From an uncultured cyanobacterium (lineage in GTDB: Bacteria; Cyanobacteriota; Cyanobacteriia; Cyanobacteriales; CAWCAG01), in the NCBI GenBank assembly GCA_963803805.1, contig CAWDOD010000004.1:352001-416000 (forward strand): DNA of 64,000 nt, in the 5' to 3' direction. The position numbers were made by a program, and so were the translations under genes. Positions 1-10,476 of the stretch are shown in pieces. Below the pieces are notes generated by a model. It was not told the DNA's origin. It did no database searches and worked only from the letters and a program-made list of their open reading frames with translations. Every line of letters begins with the position of its first letter. The stretch's first letter is position 1.

Positions 1-2
1 AT

Positions 3-431
3 ATTGAAGCTATAGATGTGGCAGAATTTAAACCCTATCGAGTAGTAACAGCAGATAATCAAGGTAGAATCACCCTCTGGAATATGCGTGAATGCCTATT
101 AGAAGGAAGGGAGTGTGAAATTATTGATCAATGGTTAGATGGTCATGGTAAAAATCCTGTTCGTTCAGTTGCTTTAAGTGCAGATGGTTGTTATTTAGTT
201 AGTAGTGGTGATGATGGCAAAGTTAAATTTTGGCCCCTTGATAAGGAAGGTTCTCGTAGTACAGAATTCTCTAAGGGTAAGAACATTGAAAAAGGTAAAG
301 AGAGCTTTAATAGTGTTGATATTAGGGAAGTAGGAAAAAAGCTAGTTATTGCTAGCGGCAATGATGATAAAAGAGTACGGGTAGCTTGGCAGAAAAGGTT
401 GCCTCGTTTGGGTTGTGATCAATTTAGGTAA
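3..431 (+). CDS. C-terminal part of a WD40-repeat protein (starts before the window)
   Basis: Frame open from the window edge; WD40 motifs (VTADNQGRITLWN, GH...VRSVALSADGCYLVSSGDDGKVKFW). Confidence 0.85.
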   Translation: MEAIDVAEFKPYRVVTADNQGRITLWNMRECLLEGRECEIIDQWLDGHGKNPVRSVALSADGCYLVSSGDDGKVKFWPLDKEGSRSTEFSKGKNIEKGKESFNSVDIREVGKKLVIASGNDDKRVRVAWQKRLPRLGCDQFR

Positions 432-472
432 TAGGTAACGGGTTAAAATACAATAAATGTCACAAAATAAAA

Positions 473-1405
473 ATGCAAACAGTTAACTTAGGAAAAAATG
501 GCCCCGCCGTCACTGCTTTAGGAATTGGTACTTGGTCTTGGGGAGACAAGTTATTTTGGAACTATGGTGGCGATTATGGCCCTTCCCAGGTTAAAGAAGC
601 TTTTGAAGCAGCGATCGCAGCAGGAATTACTTTCTTTGATACTGCTGAAGTTTATGGCATTGGTAAATCAGAATCATTGTTAGGGGAGTTTATGGGGCAA
701 CAGCAAACTTCTATTGATATTGCCACAAAATATGGACCTTTGCCCTGGCGTTTAACCGCAAATTCTGTTGCTGAAGCCTTGAGTAATAGTTTAGAACGTT
801 TGCAACTCCAACAAGTTACCCTTTACCAAGTTCATTGGCCTTTTACCTTTTTTATGACCCAAGAAACTTTGATGAATGCTTTAGCTGATGAAGTTAAAAA
901 AGGTCGCATTTTAACAGTAGGAGTGAGTAATTATTCAGCAGAAGAAATGCGCCAAGCCTCTAATATTTTAGCTCAAAGAGGCGTTCCTTTAGCAGTTAAT
1001 CAGATGCAATATTCTTTGTTACATCGCAACATTGAAAGTAATGGTGTTCTCCAAACAGCCCAAGATTTGGGTATAACAATTCTCGCTTATAGTCCTTTAG
1101 CCCAAGGTTTACTCACCGGTAAATATAATCCAGCCAATCCTCAAACTCCTGAAGGGGCAAGACGTTTCGATTCTCGTTTTAGTAAGGGTGGTTTAGCTAA
1201 GATTGCTCCAGTTTTAAACGCCTTAAAGGAATTAGGAGAAAAATATAACAAAACTTGCGCTCAAGTAGCCTTAAACTGGTTGATCAATCAAGGCAATGTT
1301 ATTCCTATTCCTGGGGCAAAAAATGCTCAACAAGCTACTCAAAATGCCGGAGCTTTGGGTTGGAGTTTGGAACCAGAAGAAGTTGATTATTTAAGTAATA
1401 AGTAA
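473..1405 (+). CDS. Aldo/keto reductase
   Basis: LGIGTW, FFDTAEVYG, LYQVHWP, VGVSNY, AYSPLAQG, IPIPGAK motifs. Confidence 0.95.
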   Translation: MQTVNLGKNGPAVTALGIGTWSWGDKLFWNYGGDYGPSQVKEAFEAAIAAGITFFDTAEVYGIGKSESLLGEFMGQQQTSIDIATKYGPLPWRLTANSVAEALSNSLERLQLQQVTLYQVHWPFTFFMTQETLMNALADEVKKGRILTVGVSNYSAEEMRQASNILAQRGVPLAVNQMQYSLLHRNIESNGVLQTAQDLGITILAYSPLAQGLLTGKYNPANPQTPEGARRFDSRFSKGGLAKIAPVLNALKELGEKYNKTCAQVALNWLINQGNVIPIPGAKNAQQATQNAGALGWSLEPEEVDYLSNK

Positions 1406-1534
1406 TACCATTTATCATTTTAGGTTCTACCAAACTTAAGATGTAAGAGTAACAATTAAAATAGTCTCTAGTTCTTACCCATTTACCCATTTACCTATTA
1501 CTTAATACTCCCCTCTTCCCAAACACTTAACATT

Positions 1535-2473
1535 ATGCAGCCTCAGTATTCTTTGGTTATCCCTATTTATAACGAAGAAAGTAATCTCCCGGAATTATAT
1601 CGACGGTTAAATTTGGCCAGCAAATCTTTAGATGGGGAAGTCGAATTTATTTTTGTTAATGACGGTAGCCGCGATCGCTCCTTAATTTTACTACGAGAAT
1701 TACAACAACAGGATCATCGCATTTGCTACCTTAGTTTTGCCCGGAATTTTGGCCACCAAATCGCTGTCACCGCCGGTTTAAATTTTGTACGAGGGCAAGC
1801 AGTGGTAGTGATGGATGGAGACTTGCAAGATCCCCCTGAATTAATTCCCCAGATGTTGCATCTCTGGCAAGAAGGATATCAAGTTATTTATGCCCAACGT
1901 AGTAAGCGTAAACAAGAAAGTTGGGGTAAGCGTTTGCCTGCCTATATTTTTTACCGCCTCCTCAAACGCCTTACAGATGTAGATATTCCCACTGATACAG
2001 GGGATTTTTGCTTGATGGATCGTCGGGTAGTTGACTTATTAAACAAAATGCCCGAAAGAAACCGCTATATTCGGGGGTTACGTTCCTGGGTAGGTTTTAG
2101 GCAAAAAGCAATTCGTTTTGAGCGAGATCCGCGTTTTTCTGGGGAAGTTAAGTATACCTTTGCCAAATCTTTTGCCTTTGCGATGAATGGTTTGGTTTCT
2201 TTTTCTGTAGTGCCTTTGCGACTCTCTACTTACGTAGGTTTGTTAGCTGCTGGAGTAGCAATAATTATGGCAGGAATGGTTCTTTATTGGCGGATTATCG
2301 AACCAAGTTCCCCTTTAACTGGTTTTGCTACCATTGCGATCGCGATTTTCTTTCTTGGTGCAGTCCAGTTAGTTAGTATCGGTATTTTAGGAGAATATAT
2401 CGGACGAATCTATGAAGAAGTTAAAGGTCGTCCTTTGTATATTTTATCAGAGATAGTTGGGTTTGAGCAGTAA
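1535..2473 (+). CDS. GT2 glycosyltransferase, GtrB/polyprenol-phosphate glycosyltransferase type
   Basis: [30 protein letters not shown], two C-terminal TM helices, [15 protein letters not shown]. Confidence 0.93.
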   Translation: MQPQYSLVIPIYNEESNLPELYRRLNLASKSLDGEVEFIFVNDGSRDRSLILLRELQQQDHRICYLSFARNFGHQIAVTAGLNFVRGQAVVVMDGDLQDPPELIPQMLHLWQEGYQVIYAQRSKRKQESWGKRLPAYIFYRLLKRLTDVDIPTDTGDFCLMDRRVVDLLNKMPERNRYIRGLRSWVGFRQKAIRFERDPRFSGEVKYTFAKSFAFAMNGLVSFSVVPLRLSTYVGLLAAGVAIIMAGMVLYWRIIEPSSPLTGFATIAIAIFFLGAVQLVSIGILGEYIGRIYEEVKGRPLYILSEIVGFEQ

Positions 2474-2549
2474 GAAGTAATCAGTTTTGTTTGGGATTTT
2501 CGTTGTTTATAAACGTCCCTTTACCCGCCAATTTTCAATTGGCAGACTA

Positions 2550-3455
2550 CTAGGAGTTAACTATTGCTCTCCTAGCCAAATTTATTAGCAAAGCGGTAAT
2601 AGCTACAGCAACCACTAACAAGATAAACGTCACCACTACCAAAGCCGCTCCATAACCAAAGTCAAGGTAGCGCATAATAGTTGAATAAATATAAATAGAA
2701 ACAGTTTCAGTTGCCCCTGCTGGGCCTCCTCCTGTCATCACTTGTACCAGATCAAAAATGCCAAATGATTGGGCAAATCTAAACAGTAAAGCAATCAGAA
2801 TTTGCGGCATAATTAAAGGTACAGTAATTTGCCAAAAGCTTTGCCAAGGAGTTGCCCCATCGATTGAATGAGCTTCGTATAAATCTCCAGGAATTGATTG
2901 TAATCCGGCTAAAAGAAGAATGCTAATAAAAGGTGTTGTTTTCCAAACATCAGCAATAACTAAAGCTAACATTGCTAAAGTAGGATTTCCTAACCAACTA
3001 ATTCCTTCCTCAATTAGGCCTAAACGAAAAAGAAGATCATTAACAATACCAAATTGGTCATTGAAAATCCAAGCCCAGGCTAAACCCATAACCGCAGTAG
3101 GTAAAGCCCAAGGAATAATGGAGATGGTACGGACAATTCCCCTACCTTTAAAAGATTGATTTAAAACTAAAGCAACTGCCATTCCTAAAACCAATTCAAT
3201 GGTGACACTAGCTAAGGTAAAGATGCTAGTGTTCCACATACTTTGCCAAAAACGCCCATCTCCAACCATACGTATATAGTTAGTTAAACCAGAAAAAACT
3301 GGCTGTAATTGTGTACCAAGGTTTTCAGTAAATAAGCTTAACCAAAAAGCTCTACCAATGGGATAAGCAAATACTAAAAAAAGCAAAATTAAAGCTGGAA
3401 TAACCAACATCCAACCAATTCTTTGTTCCCTTTCCCGAATAATATCTCGTGCCAT
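2550..3455 (-). CDS. Carbohydrate ABC transporter permease
   Basis: 6 TM segments; EAA loop LYEAHSIDGATPWQSFWQITVP. Confidence 0.93.
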   Translation of the reverse strand: MARDIIREREQRIGWMLVIPALILLFLVFAYPIGRAFWLSLFTENLGTQLQPVFSGLTNYIRMVGDGRFWQSMWNTSIFTLASVTIELVLGMAVALVLNQSFKGRGIVRTISIIPWALPTAVMGLAWAWIFNDQFGIVNDLLFRLGLIEEGISWLGNPTLAMLALVIADVWKTTPFISILLLAGLQSIPGDLYEAHSIDGATPWQSFWQITVPLIMPQILIALLFRFAQSFGIFDLVQVMTGGGPAGATETVSIYIYSTIMRYLDFGYGAALVVVTFILLVVAVAITALLINLARRAIVNS

Positions 3456-3466
3456 TATCTCACCTA

Positions 3467-4771
3467 TTACCTATTTAACAAAGTACGAGTTTCTCTCGCC
3501 GCAGCAGCCATCGCTTTTTCCGAAGTCATTTTATCTGTCAAAGCCGCACTAAGATAGCGTTGCAAAATATCAGATGCTTGGGCATATTGAGCAATAGGTG
3601 GACGGAGTGCCGGGTTTTTTAGTACTTCTAATAGTTGAGGATAGTGGTCATACTTAGCGACAATTGTTGGGTCAGTGAAAAGAGATTTAATGCTAGGGAC
3701 ATAACCCGTTTCTAACACAAACTTCCGTAAAACATCTTCGCTACTGAAGTATTTAATTACTTCCCAAGCAGCATCGGGATGTTTACTACTCTTAGCAATG
3801 CCTAAGCCCCAACCACCTTGACAAGCACCACTTTGGGTCTTAGGTCTACTCACCATAGGTTTAATGGCAAATTTGCCTTGAATGGGGGAATCTTCGGCAG
3901 AAGCTAAGCTAAAAACATAAGGCCAATTACGCAGGAAGACAGCATTACCATTTTGGAAAAGGCGGCGAGTTTCTTCTTCAGTGTAAGTAGTGACACCGGG
4001 GGGAGAAACTCCCATTTCGATGCTACGGTGGAGAAACTTTATTGCTTGGATTGCTTCTGGTTGATCTAATCCTACTTCTAAACTTTCTGGGTTAACCCAA
4101 AAGCCGCCACTACCTTCAAGGACTTCCACAAACACCGCAGCAAGTCCTTCATATTGTTTACCTTGCCAAACATAACCCCATTCTGCTTTACCCTCTTCTT
4201 GCAATACCTGGGAAATACCCAAAAGTTCGTCAAAGGTTTCTGGGGGTTGATAGCCTGCTTCTTTTAAAAGATCCTGACGGTAGTAAAGCATTCCGGCATC
4301 GGAACGGAAGGGGATGCGATAAAGCCCTTCTTGGTAACGCCCACCTTCAATATCCCCATCCAGATATTTGTTTAAGTCTAGGTTGTCTTGGTCAATGTAG
4401 TCGTCGAGTTCTTTTAACCAGCCTGCTGCGGCGAATTTGGGAACCCAAACAATGTCCATATAAACTAAATCATAGGGGGAGTTGCCCAATAAAAACGAAG
4501 AAGTATAAAGGTCTTCTACCTGGTTGGTGGGATTGGGACCTTCAATGATTTTTAAGTTTATTTCTGAGTTAGTTTGATTGAACTCGTCAACTAAACTCTC
4601 CCAGCTAGATGCTTCTAAAGCTTGCATGAGTACCGTAACAGTAATCGGTTGCTGGGTGAAAGCTGGCAAAATCAGGAATTGTATAGTTGCTAAAGTTGCG
4701 ACAATTCCTAGAAGAAAGCGGAGTAGCTTGATTTTTTTATTTAATTTAGGAAGTTTTAGATTAAAGCCCAT
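3467..4771 (-). CDS. Carbohydrate ABC transporter substrate-binding protein
   Basis: N-terminal hydrophobic segment; DIVWVPKFA, LYYRQDLL, FLRNWPY, GGWGLGI; directly upstream of the permease. Confidence 0.92.
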   Translation of the reverse strand: MGFNLKLPKLNKKIKLLRFLLGIVATLATIQFLILPAFTQQPITVTVLMQALEASSWESLVDEFNQTNSEINLKIIEGPNPTNQVEDLYTSSFLLGNSPYDLVYMDIVWVPKFAAAGWLKELDDYIDQDNLDLNKYLDGDIEGGRYQEGLYRIPFRSDAGMLYYRQDLLKEAGYQPPETFDELLGISQVLQEEGKAEWGYVWQGKQYEGLAAVFVEVLEGSGGFWVNPESLEVGLDQPEAIQAIKFLHRSIEMGVSPPGVTTYTEEETRRLFQNGNAVFLRNWPYVFSLASAEDSPIQGKFAIKPMVSRPKTQSGACQGGWGLGIAKSSKHPDAAWEVIKYFSSEDVLRKFVLETGYVPSIKSLFTDPTIVAKYDHYPQLLEVLKNPALRPPIAQYAQASDILQRYLSAALTDKMTSEKAMAAAARETRTLLNR

Positions 4772-4869
4772 TTAAAAATGACAATTTTTTTAAGCAGAGG
4801 TTTGTTATCTCCTAACTATAGCGAGAGATTAAACCTAGCTATGTCAACAAATGCAACAAAGTTTTCTAC

Positions 4870-5163
4870 TTAACTCTCAACTTCCTGTACTAAAACAAAA
4901 GGCTGTACGATAATAGTGTTAAATTGCTTATTGGGTTCTTGATTCCAAGTTGCGAGTTGCTCAGAAGAAGGCTTGGCAATAAGTTGTTCAGAGATCCAAT
5001 TTTGTACTGACGCTGTATCATTGGCAGCAACTTTAACTCCCACTTCCACTAAATCTAAGTAACTTGTTACCACGATCAAAGCATCTCGCTTAGCATGGGG
5101 AGTAAGATTTTGCCAATCTACTTCAGCTAGATTTTCTGCTAAGGTTGCTCTAACATCTTCCAC
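4870..5163 (-). CDS. DUF2288 family protein
   Basis: VDWQNLTPHAKRDALIVV...LDLVEVG...IVQPFVLVQ pattern. Confidence 0.8.
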   Translation of the reverse strand: MEDVRATLAENLAEVDWQNLTPHAKRDALIVVTSYLDLVEVGVKVAANDTASVQNWISEQLIAKPSSEQLATWNQEPNKQFNTIIVQPFVLVQEVES

Positions 5164-5321
5164 AATCTTTTCTTCTCCACACTTGATTACTAAGTATTGT
5201 CTATTTCAGCTAACCATTACTCATCTTCGGAGCGCAAGTCTTGAACGACTTCAATACTCAATCCTGTTATTTCTCTTTCCGACTCTTACGCCGACGCGGA
5301 GTCGCAACGCAATTATCAATT

Positions 5322-5987
5322 TTATCTTCCCAAGGAGTGCATTTCATTGATTACTTTAGTACACCTTTGAGTTAAAGTTTGTAATGCTTCTTTCTTAACA
5401 GCAGTTGGCGGCGGAATTACCTTGCCGATGCGTACTGTGACAGGGACAGGTTTAGGAAACGGTGAACCTGAGGTTAAAATGCCTTCTGTTCCCCACAAAC
5501 TAACAGGAAGTATAGGTGCGTTAGCTTTAGCGGCAATGGTAGCAGCCCCTAATTTAGGTTTGGTGATTCGTCCGTCTGGGGTGCGAGTACCCTGGAGAAA
5601 AATACCTGCTGCCCAGCCTTCATTTAAAGCAGTAACTGCGGCCCTAATTGCGCTACGATCAGCAGCAGAGCGTTTTACCGGGTACGCCCCATATAATTTG
5701 ATACCTTGCTTTAAAAGGGGAACGGCAAATAATTCTTCTTTAGCCATAAAAGCCACAGGACGACCTATGGTGCAGGATAATAGGGGAGGATCAAAATAGC
5801 TAGCATGGTTGCTTACTATGACTAATGGCCCTTGTTTTGGTATGTTTTCTCTGCCATAAACCCGACCACGAAAATAGAAATTAAGGAAAGGGCTAACAAT
5901 AGAATATTTGAATAAATAGTAGAGTAAAAGATTGACAGTCGGTTCTCGCTCTCGTTTATTGATTAATGCTGAATCTTCTGCCCTCAT
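5322..5987 (-). CDS. plsC: 1-acyl-sn-glycerol-3-phosphate acyltransferase
   Basis: NHASYFD (HX4D), FMAKEELF, FLQGTRT motifs. Confidence 0.92.
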   Translation of the reverse strand: MRAEDSALINKREREPTVNLLLYYLFKYSIVSPFLNFYFRGRVYGRENIPKQGPLVIVSNHASYFDPPLLSCTIGRPVAFMAKEELFAVPLLKQGIKLYGAYPVKRSAADRSAIRAAVTALNEGWAAGIFLQGTRTPDGRITKPKLGAATIAAKANAPILPVSLWGTEGILTSGSPFPKPVPVTVRIGKVIPPPTAVKKEALQTLTQRCTKVINEMHSLGR

Positions 5988-5993
5988 TTTTTC

Positions 5994-6941
5994 CTATTTG
6001 ATAATTGGCTCTACTTTATAGATAGAAAAGACTGATCCTACTGGGTCAGATTTTTTGACATAAACCTGATTATCAAAATATAAACCTACAGCCGTACCCC
6101 CAGCAAATAACATTCCTTCTTCAATTTCTCCTAAGCAATGATTAACGGCAATTCCTTCTAAGACTTCATCAAACATTCCTGGCATTAATTCTTGCCCAAG
6201 TTCAGCATCATTAACCAATAAGATGACATGACCTTTGGCTGTGATAGCGGCCATAGAACGACTCAGTTCTTTTTGACAAGCAAATTCCCCTAAGTCTTCG
6301 CAGATATCTTTAAATTCTCCTTGCTGATAGAATCTGCCGTTACCACCAACAATATTGTAGTTATAATTGTTTTCTTCTCTTTTACCAACTTGAATAGTCG
6401 CTTGGCGATCTTCGGGCTTTGCTTCTGAGATGGCGAAAGAAGACCTTTTATTTTTTCCATCACCAGAATATTCTGTCCCTCGCGAAATATTTAAACCCTT
6501 TGGTTGGCTATTATCACCCAATAAATCCCCGTTAATAGCTGCAATAGGAAGTGTTTGTTTTAGTTTGATTTTTTCGTCGCTCATGAACTCAGAAAATGTT
6601 TTCTTCACATATTCTCTTCGCAAATTACCATTAGCATCTTTGGCATATAGTTCATGATCCAGGGGGAGATGAACTTGAAAGTCTAAGTTGCGCGATCGCG
6701 GGTTAAAAATAATGACATAATTTCCCCCTTGTTCCTCTTCTACCCCTTGGTTATTAGTTTTAATAAAAGTAATATCAAAATTCTCATCTTCTCCTGCACA
6801 GAGAGGTTTATTGCTGGCGATCGCTTCTGCATTATTTTGCTGGTTAAGAAGATATAAAATGATGATGGTGAGATTAAATACAGTCAGGAAAATTATTAAT
6901 AAAAAAAGAATTTTATTTTTTTTAGACATCCGTTTTACCAA
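5994..6941 (-). CDS. Membrane-anchored phosphodiester glycosidase (NAGPA)-like protein
   Basis: N-terminal TM; AAING, GGNGRF, RSMAAIT...VILLV; the DGGGS-type motif is degenerate (FAGGTA). Confidence 0.6.
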   Translation of the reverse strand: MVKRMSKKNKILFLLIIFLTVFNLTIIILYLLNQQNNAEAIASNKPLCAGEDENFDITFIKTNNQGVEEEQGGNYVIIFNPRSRNLDFQVHLPLDHELYAKDANGNLRREYVKKTFSEFMSDEKIKLKQTLPIAAINGDLLGDNSQPKGLNISRGTEYSGDGKNKRSSFAISEAKPEDRQATIQVGKREENNYNYNIVGGNGRFYQQGEFKDICEDLGEFACQKELSRSMAAITAKGHVILLVNDAELGQELMPGMFDEVLEGIAVNHCLGEIEEGMLFAGGTAVGLYFDNQVYVKKSDPVGSVFSIYKVEPIIK

Positions 6942-6954
6942 TTGCTATTAGCCC

Positions 6955-7836
6955 CTAAGAATGCACATTTCCATCGGGTAAAATTGCTCCTGTCAAATCT
7001 ACTCCTGTTAACTTAACCATAATACGATTTCCTGAGCCAATTTTTGCTCCTTTTAAATTTGCTCCTCGCAAATCCGAACCACTTAAGTCTGCACCAACTA
7101 AATTTGCTTCTTGTAAGTTGGCATTTCTTAAATTAGCTTGAAATAAGTTAGCTCTAAAAAGATTGGCTCCTTGGAGATTAGCTTCTTCTAAGTTAACGTT
7201 ATGTAAAAAGCTATCTTTCAAATTAGCTTTACTAAGATTAGCCCCTTGAAGATTTCTCCTCGAAAGGTCTTTTTCAACTAAATCAGCCCCTTGTAAGTTT
7301 GCGCCACTTAAATCTTTACCACGGGTTGGTGGACGTTCAGAGGGATAATTTTTTGCTGACGGCTGAGTTGGCGGTTGATAATGGGATGTTTTTGGGTATG
7401 AGGGGGTTTTAGTTTGAGATGCAGTGTTTTGGGGCGGAGATGGAGTTTTGGGTTGATAGTAATAACTTCTTGGTGGAGTTTGATAGTAAGAAGTTCTTGG
7501 TGGAGTTTGGGTTTCGGCTTGGCGAGGAGGAGTTTTGGGCGGAGGAGAAGTCTTGGGTTGATAGTAATAACTTCTCGGTGGAGGTTGATAGTAAGTTCTA
7601 GCTTTTGATTGCTGCTTTTGGTTGACAGGCTTTATGGCACGCAATTGTTCCCTGGCTTCATTGAGGGCTTTTAGTTTTGTCGCCGCTTTCTCTTGGAGAC
7701 GAGTATTATCCTTGGGAATACGATCTGGATGCCAAATAAAAGCCAAGTCCTTATAGGCTTGGTTTACTTCTTCTAGAGATGCTCCTGATTCTATTTCTAG
7801 TATTCGGTAATATTTGTCCAAGGGATTCATACTCAT
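6955..7836 (-). CDS. DnaJ-domain plus pentapeptide-repeat protein
   Basis: J-domain with WHPD; Pro/Tyr/Gln-rich linker; A(N/D)LxxA pentapeptide repeats. Confidence 0.92.
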   Translation of the reverse strand: MSMNPLDKYYRILEIESGASLEEVNQAYKDLAFIWHPDRIPKDNTRLQEKAATKLKALNEAREQLRAIKPVNQKQQSKARTYYQPPPRSYYYQPKTSPPPKTPPRQAETQTPPRTSYYQTPPRSYYYQPKTPSPPQNTASQTKTPSYPKTSHYQPPTQPSAKNYPSERPPTRGKDLSGANLQGADLVEKDLSRRNLQGANLSKANLKDSFLHNVNLEEANLQGANLFRANLFQANLRNANLQEANLVGADLSGSDLRGANLKGAKIGSGNRIMVKLTGVDLTGAILPDGNVHS

Positions 7837-7955
7837 TACCTTATTTTACCGTTATCAGTCCCAGATCTATTTAGTAGCTTAACTTTGAAATGCTGATGTG
7901 ATCGCAAGGAAAATGTTAAGAAATTAATTATCCTTAGATTTTAGACCAGATTTTC

Positions 7956-8672
7956 TTAAAACTGCTGCCACTGCAAAGCATATACGGGAACATGAAACCA
8001 AGGATTATTTGGTTCAGGAATCTTAACTTTGATTACTTCTTGATAATTGGGATCTGCCTCAATCCAAATTTGTCTTCCTAAGTAAGCCAAAATATGAACT
8101 CCATCTGCGGTTACTGCCATGTCTCCTGGCTTGATTTTATTGTGGTCTAAGTCGTTAATACTAGGACTCAAAAATAATTGTTTTGTATAGTTTTTATACT
8201 CATCTCTTAAGGCCACTGCTGAGGTATCGTGCCACCAAAGAGAAATACCTTTCCTAATCAAATTAGGATTTAATAAAAGCAATCCTTGTTGCCAATTAGC
8301 TTTGATTAAACCTTGGCGGACTAAACCCGAACAATCAATGCCGATTCTATTTTCCCCACCCCAAACATAACGACTTCCTTCATATTTCCTTAACTGTTGA
8401 ACATAACTTTGGCGTAAAACAGATGTGTCGGTTATTTCTCTACCGGGCAAAAGTGTTAAGCTTGCTACCATAACTAATGAAATCAAGCAAATAATTCGTA
8501 CTATTTTCTGTCGCCAAAAAATGAATAAAGTACCTAAAAAAGCTGATGTTAGTAAACAAATGATTGTTAAGCGCAAGATGCCGTAGCTAATTGGATAAAA
8601 GAGAAATATTGGTAAAAGAACTAAGTTTAAGTACCATAACTTTATGATTAAGGGGCGGGGAATTTTAATCAT
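7956..8672 (-). CDS. Membrane-anchored NlpC/P60 family peptidase
   Basis: YVWGGE...GIDCSGLV catalytic Cys, HILAYLG His; three N-terminal hydrophobic segments. Confidence 0.85.
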   Translation of the reverse strand: MIKIPRPLIIKLWYLNLVLLPIFLFYPISYGILRLTIICLLTSAFLGTLFIFWRQKIVRIICLISLVMVASLTLLPGREITDTSVLRQSYVQQLRKYEGSRYVWGGENRIGIDCSGLVRQGLIKANWQQGLLLLNPNLIRKGISLWWHDTSAVALRDEYKNYTKQLFLSPSINDLDHNKIKPGDMAVTADGVHILAYLGRQIWIEADPNYQEVIKVKIPEPNNPWFHVPVYALQWQQF

Positions 8673-8792
8673 CTGTCAAGGAAGTTTGAAGGTTTCAACT
8701 AGTTGTTAGTTACTATAGTAACGATTTTACAAGAAACATAAGGGCAGAAGGCTATAATGCTATAATGTTTAGTGATAAGTGTTTAAAGGTGG

Positions 8793-9077
8793 TTGTTATT
8801 AGTTATGAAACCTGAAAAAACTTTAACTTCTCCAGTAAACCCAGATGAAGCTAAAGGAACCCAAGCTATCACCGCAATTAAAAAGTTTGCTTTCGGTACG
8901 ATATGGGGACTATTTATAGTTGCTATTTATTGGAGTTATAGCCTTTTTTTCCATAGCTCAATACCTTTAGCTAGAGGAATAATTATCTCTTTGGTGTTTA
9001 CTATCACTTGCGGTTTAATAACTATGAAGGTAGGCTATGAAGGCTTAGATCGTTTGATAAACAATTTACCTTTATAG
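8793..9077 (+). CDS. Small 2-TM hypothetical membrane protein (start probably ATG at 8805)
   Basis: ORF with two hydrophobic helices; TATAAT-like boxes upstream. Confidence 0.6.
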   Translation: MLLVMKPEKTLTSPVNPDEAKGTQAITAIKKFAFGTIWGLFIVAIYWSYSLFFHSSIPLARGIIISLVFTITCGLITMKVGYEGLDRLINNLPL

Positions 9078-9079
9078 AA

Positions 9080-9130
9080 TAAGTTTAAGTACCATAGCCT
9101 TGTTATTAGGTGGCGGTTAATTTTAACTAT
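9080..9130 (-). pseudogene. Degenerate duplicate of the first 17 codons of the NlpC/P60 gene
   Basis: 41/51 nt identical to 8622-8672; reads IVKINRHLITRLWYLNL versus MIKIPRPLIIKLWYLNL. Confidence 0.8.
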
Positions 9131-10476
9131 TAAAGTATTTCCCTTCCTGTTAATAACTTTCTTACTTCCAACATAGCTGAGTAAGTAGGGACAATATGCA
9201 GTGTTTCTTCTGGGGAAGTTAGAGCTAATGCTTGATCAATTGCGGTAGCTAAGTTTTCTGCCATGATCAGTTGTAAATCTTTCCCTTCTGGATCTAACTT
9301 CTGTTGACTATACTTAATTCTTAAGGCCATATCGTAAATGCGATCGCCGCTAACCACAATATTTCCCCCTAAAGAAACTAATTTTTCTGTATCTACATCC
9401 CAAATCCAAGAAACATCAGTACCATCGGGTATACGATCATTAAGTACCATCAAAGTTGTGGAGGATTTTCCTGCTGCTTTGACATCATTAACTGCCCGGA
9501 TAGTTTCATTCATGCCTACGGGGTTTTTCGAGAGTAAAATCCTTACCTTCTTGCCTTTAATTGTTAATTCTTCGGCACGTCCAAAAGCGGCACGAAAATC
9601 TTTAACTACCTTGTAAATCTCTTGAGTTTCAATACCAATTTCTTGGGCTAATAATCCGGCAGCTAAGGTATTGTATTTATTGTAAACACCGATGAGAATT
9701 TGTGGCCAATCTTGACTATTAATGGCAGGTTTACTCTTAGAAAAGTCACAACTAGGACAGTCATATTCTCCCAGGTGAGAAAGATAAACCCCTTCATATT
9801 CTAAAGAAGCACCACAATTAGGACAATAAATAGAGTCTACGGCATGGGGAATTTCATCAAGGTAGAATTTTGGTTCACTTAAGCCGAAAAAGAGAACTTT
9901 TTGCTTTAAGTTTTGACCTAAGTAAGCAAGAGTGGGGTCATCGCCATTAAGAACTACGGTAGTATCAGAAGATAAAGGTGCGATCGCTTTTTGCCAGCGA
10001 TGACTGATACTATCTACTTCTCCGTAACGATCTAACTGATCTCGAAAAAGATTTAAGCCTAAAATATATTTGGGTTCACAGGAACGCAAAATAATTGGCA
10101 AGATATTCTCATCTACTTCTAAAATGGCGTAATCTGCTTGCAGGCTACCCATTAGGTTGCTATTTCCTAACAAAGCAGTAGCTAAGCCATTAATTAAGTT
10201 AGCACCAGTTTCATTGTGAACTACCTTGTAACCTTGACTTTCAATGAGACTGCGTAACAAGAGGGAAGTGGTGGTTTTGCCATTTGTACCAACAATGAGA
10301 ATCACCCCTTCTTTAACCTGATCACAGAGTTGAGAAAGTAACTTGGGTTGAATACGCAGGGCAATTTCGCCAGGCAAAACACTAGCTGCACCCAAGTTCA
10401 ATAATTGTACTAACGAAGTTACAGTTTTAGCAATACCAACGGCGAAACCTAAGCGTAGTCTACTCAATAGGGACAT
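9130..10476 (-). CDS. murT: MurT-like Mur ligase family protein (DUF1727 C-terminus)
   Basis: GTNGKTTT, EVDE, NLFRDQLDRYGE, two CxxC motifs, LSKNPVG, DVSWIWD, TYSAML. Confidence 0.88.
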   Translation of the reverse strand: MSLLSRLRLGFAVGIAKTVTSLVQLLNLGAASVLPGEIALRIQPKLLSQLCDQVKEGVILIVGTNGKTTTSLLLRSLIESQGYKVVHNETGANLINGLATALLGNSNLMGSLQADYAILEVDENILPIILRSCEPKYILGLNLFRDQLDRYGEVDSISHRWQKAIAPLSSDTTVVLNGDDPTLAYLGQNLKQKVLFFGLSEPKFYLDEIPHAVDSIYCPNCGASLEYEGVYLSHLGEYDCPSCDFSKSKPAINSQDWPQILIGVYNKYNTLAAGLLAQEIGIETQEIYKVVKDFRAAFGRAEELTIKGKKVRILLSKNPVGMNETIRAVNDVKAAGKSSTTLMVLNDRIPDGTDVSWIWDVDTEKLVSLGGNIVVSGDRIYDMALRIKYSQQKLDPEGKDLQLIMAENLATAIDQALALTSPEETLHIVPTYSAMLEVRKLLTGREIL

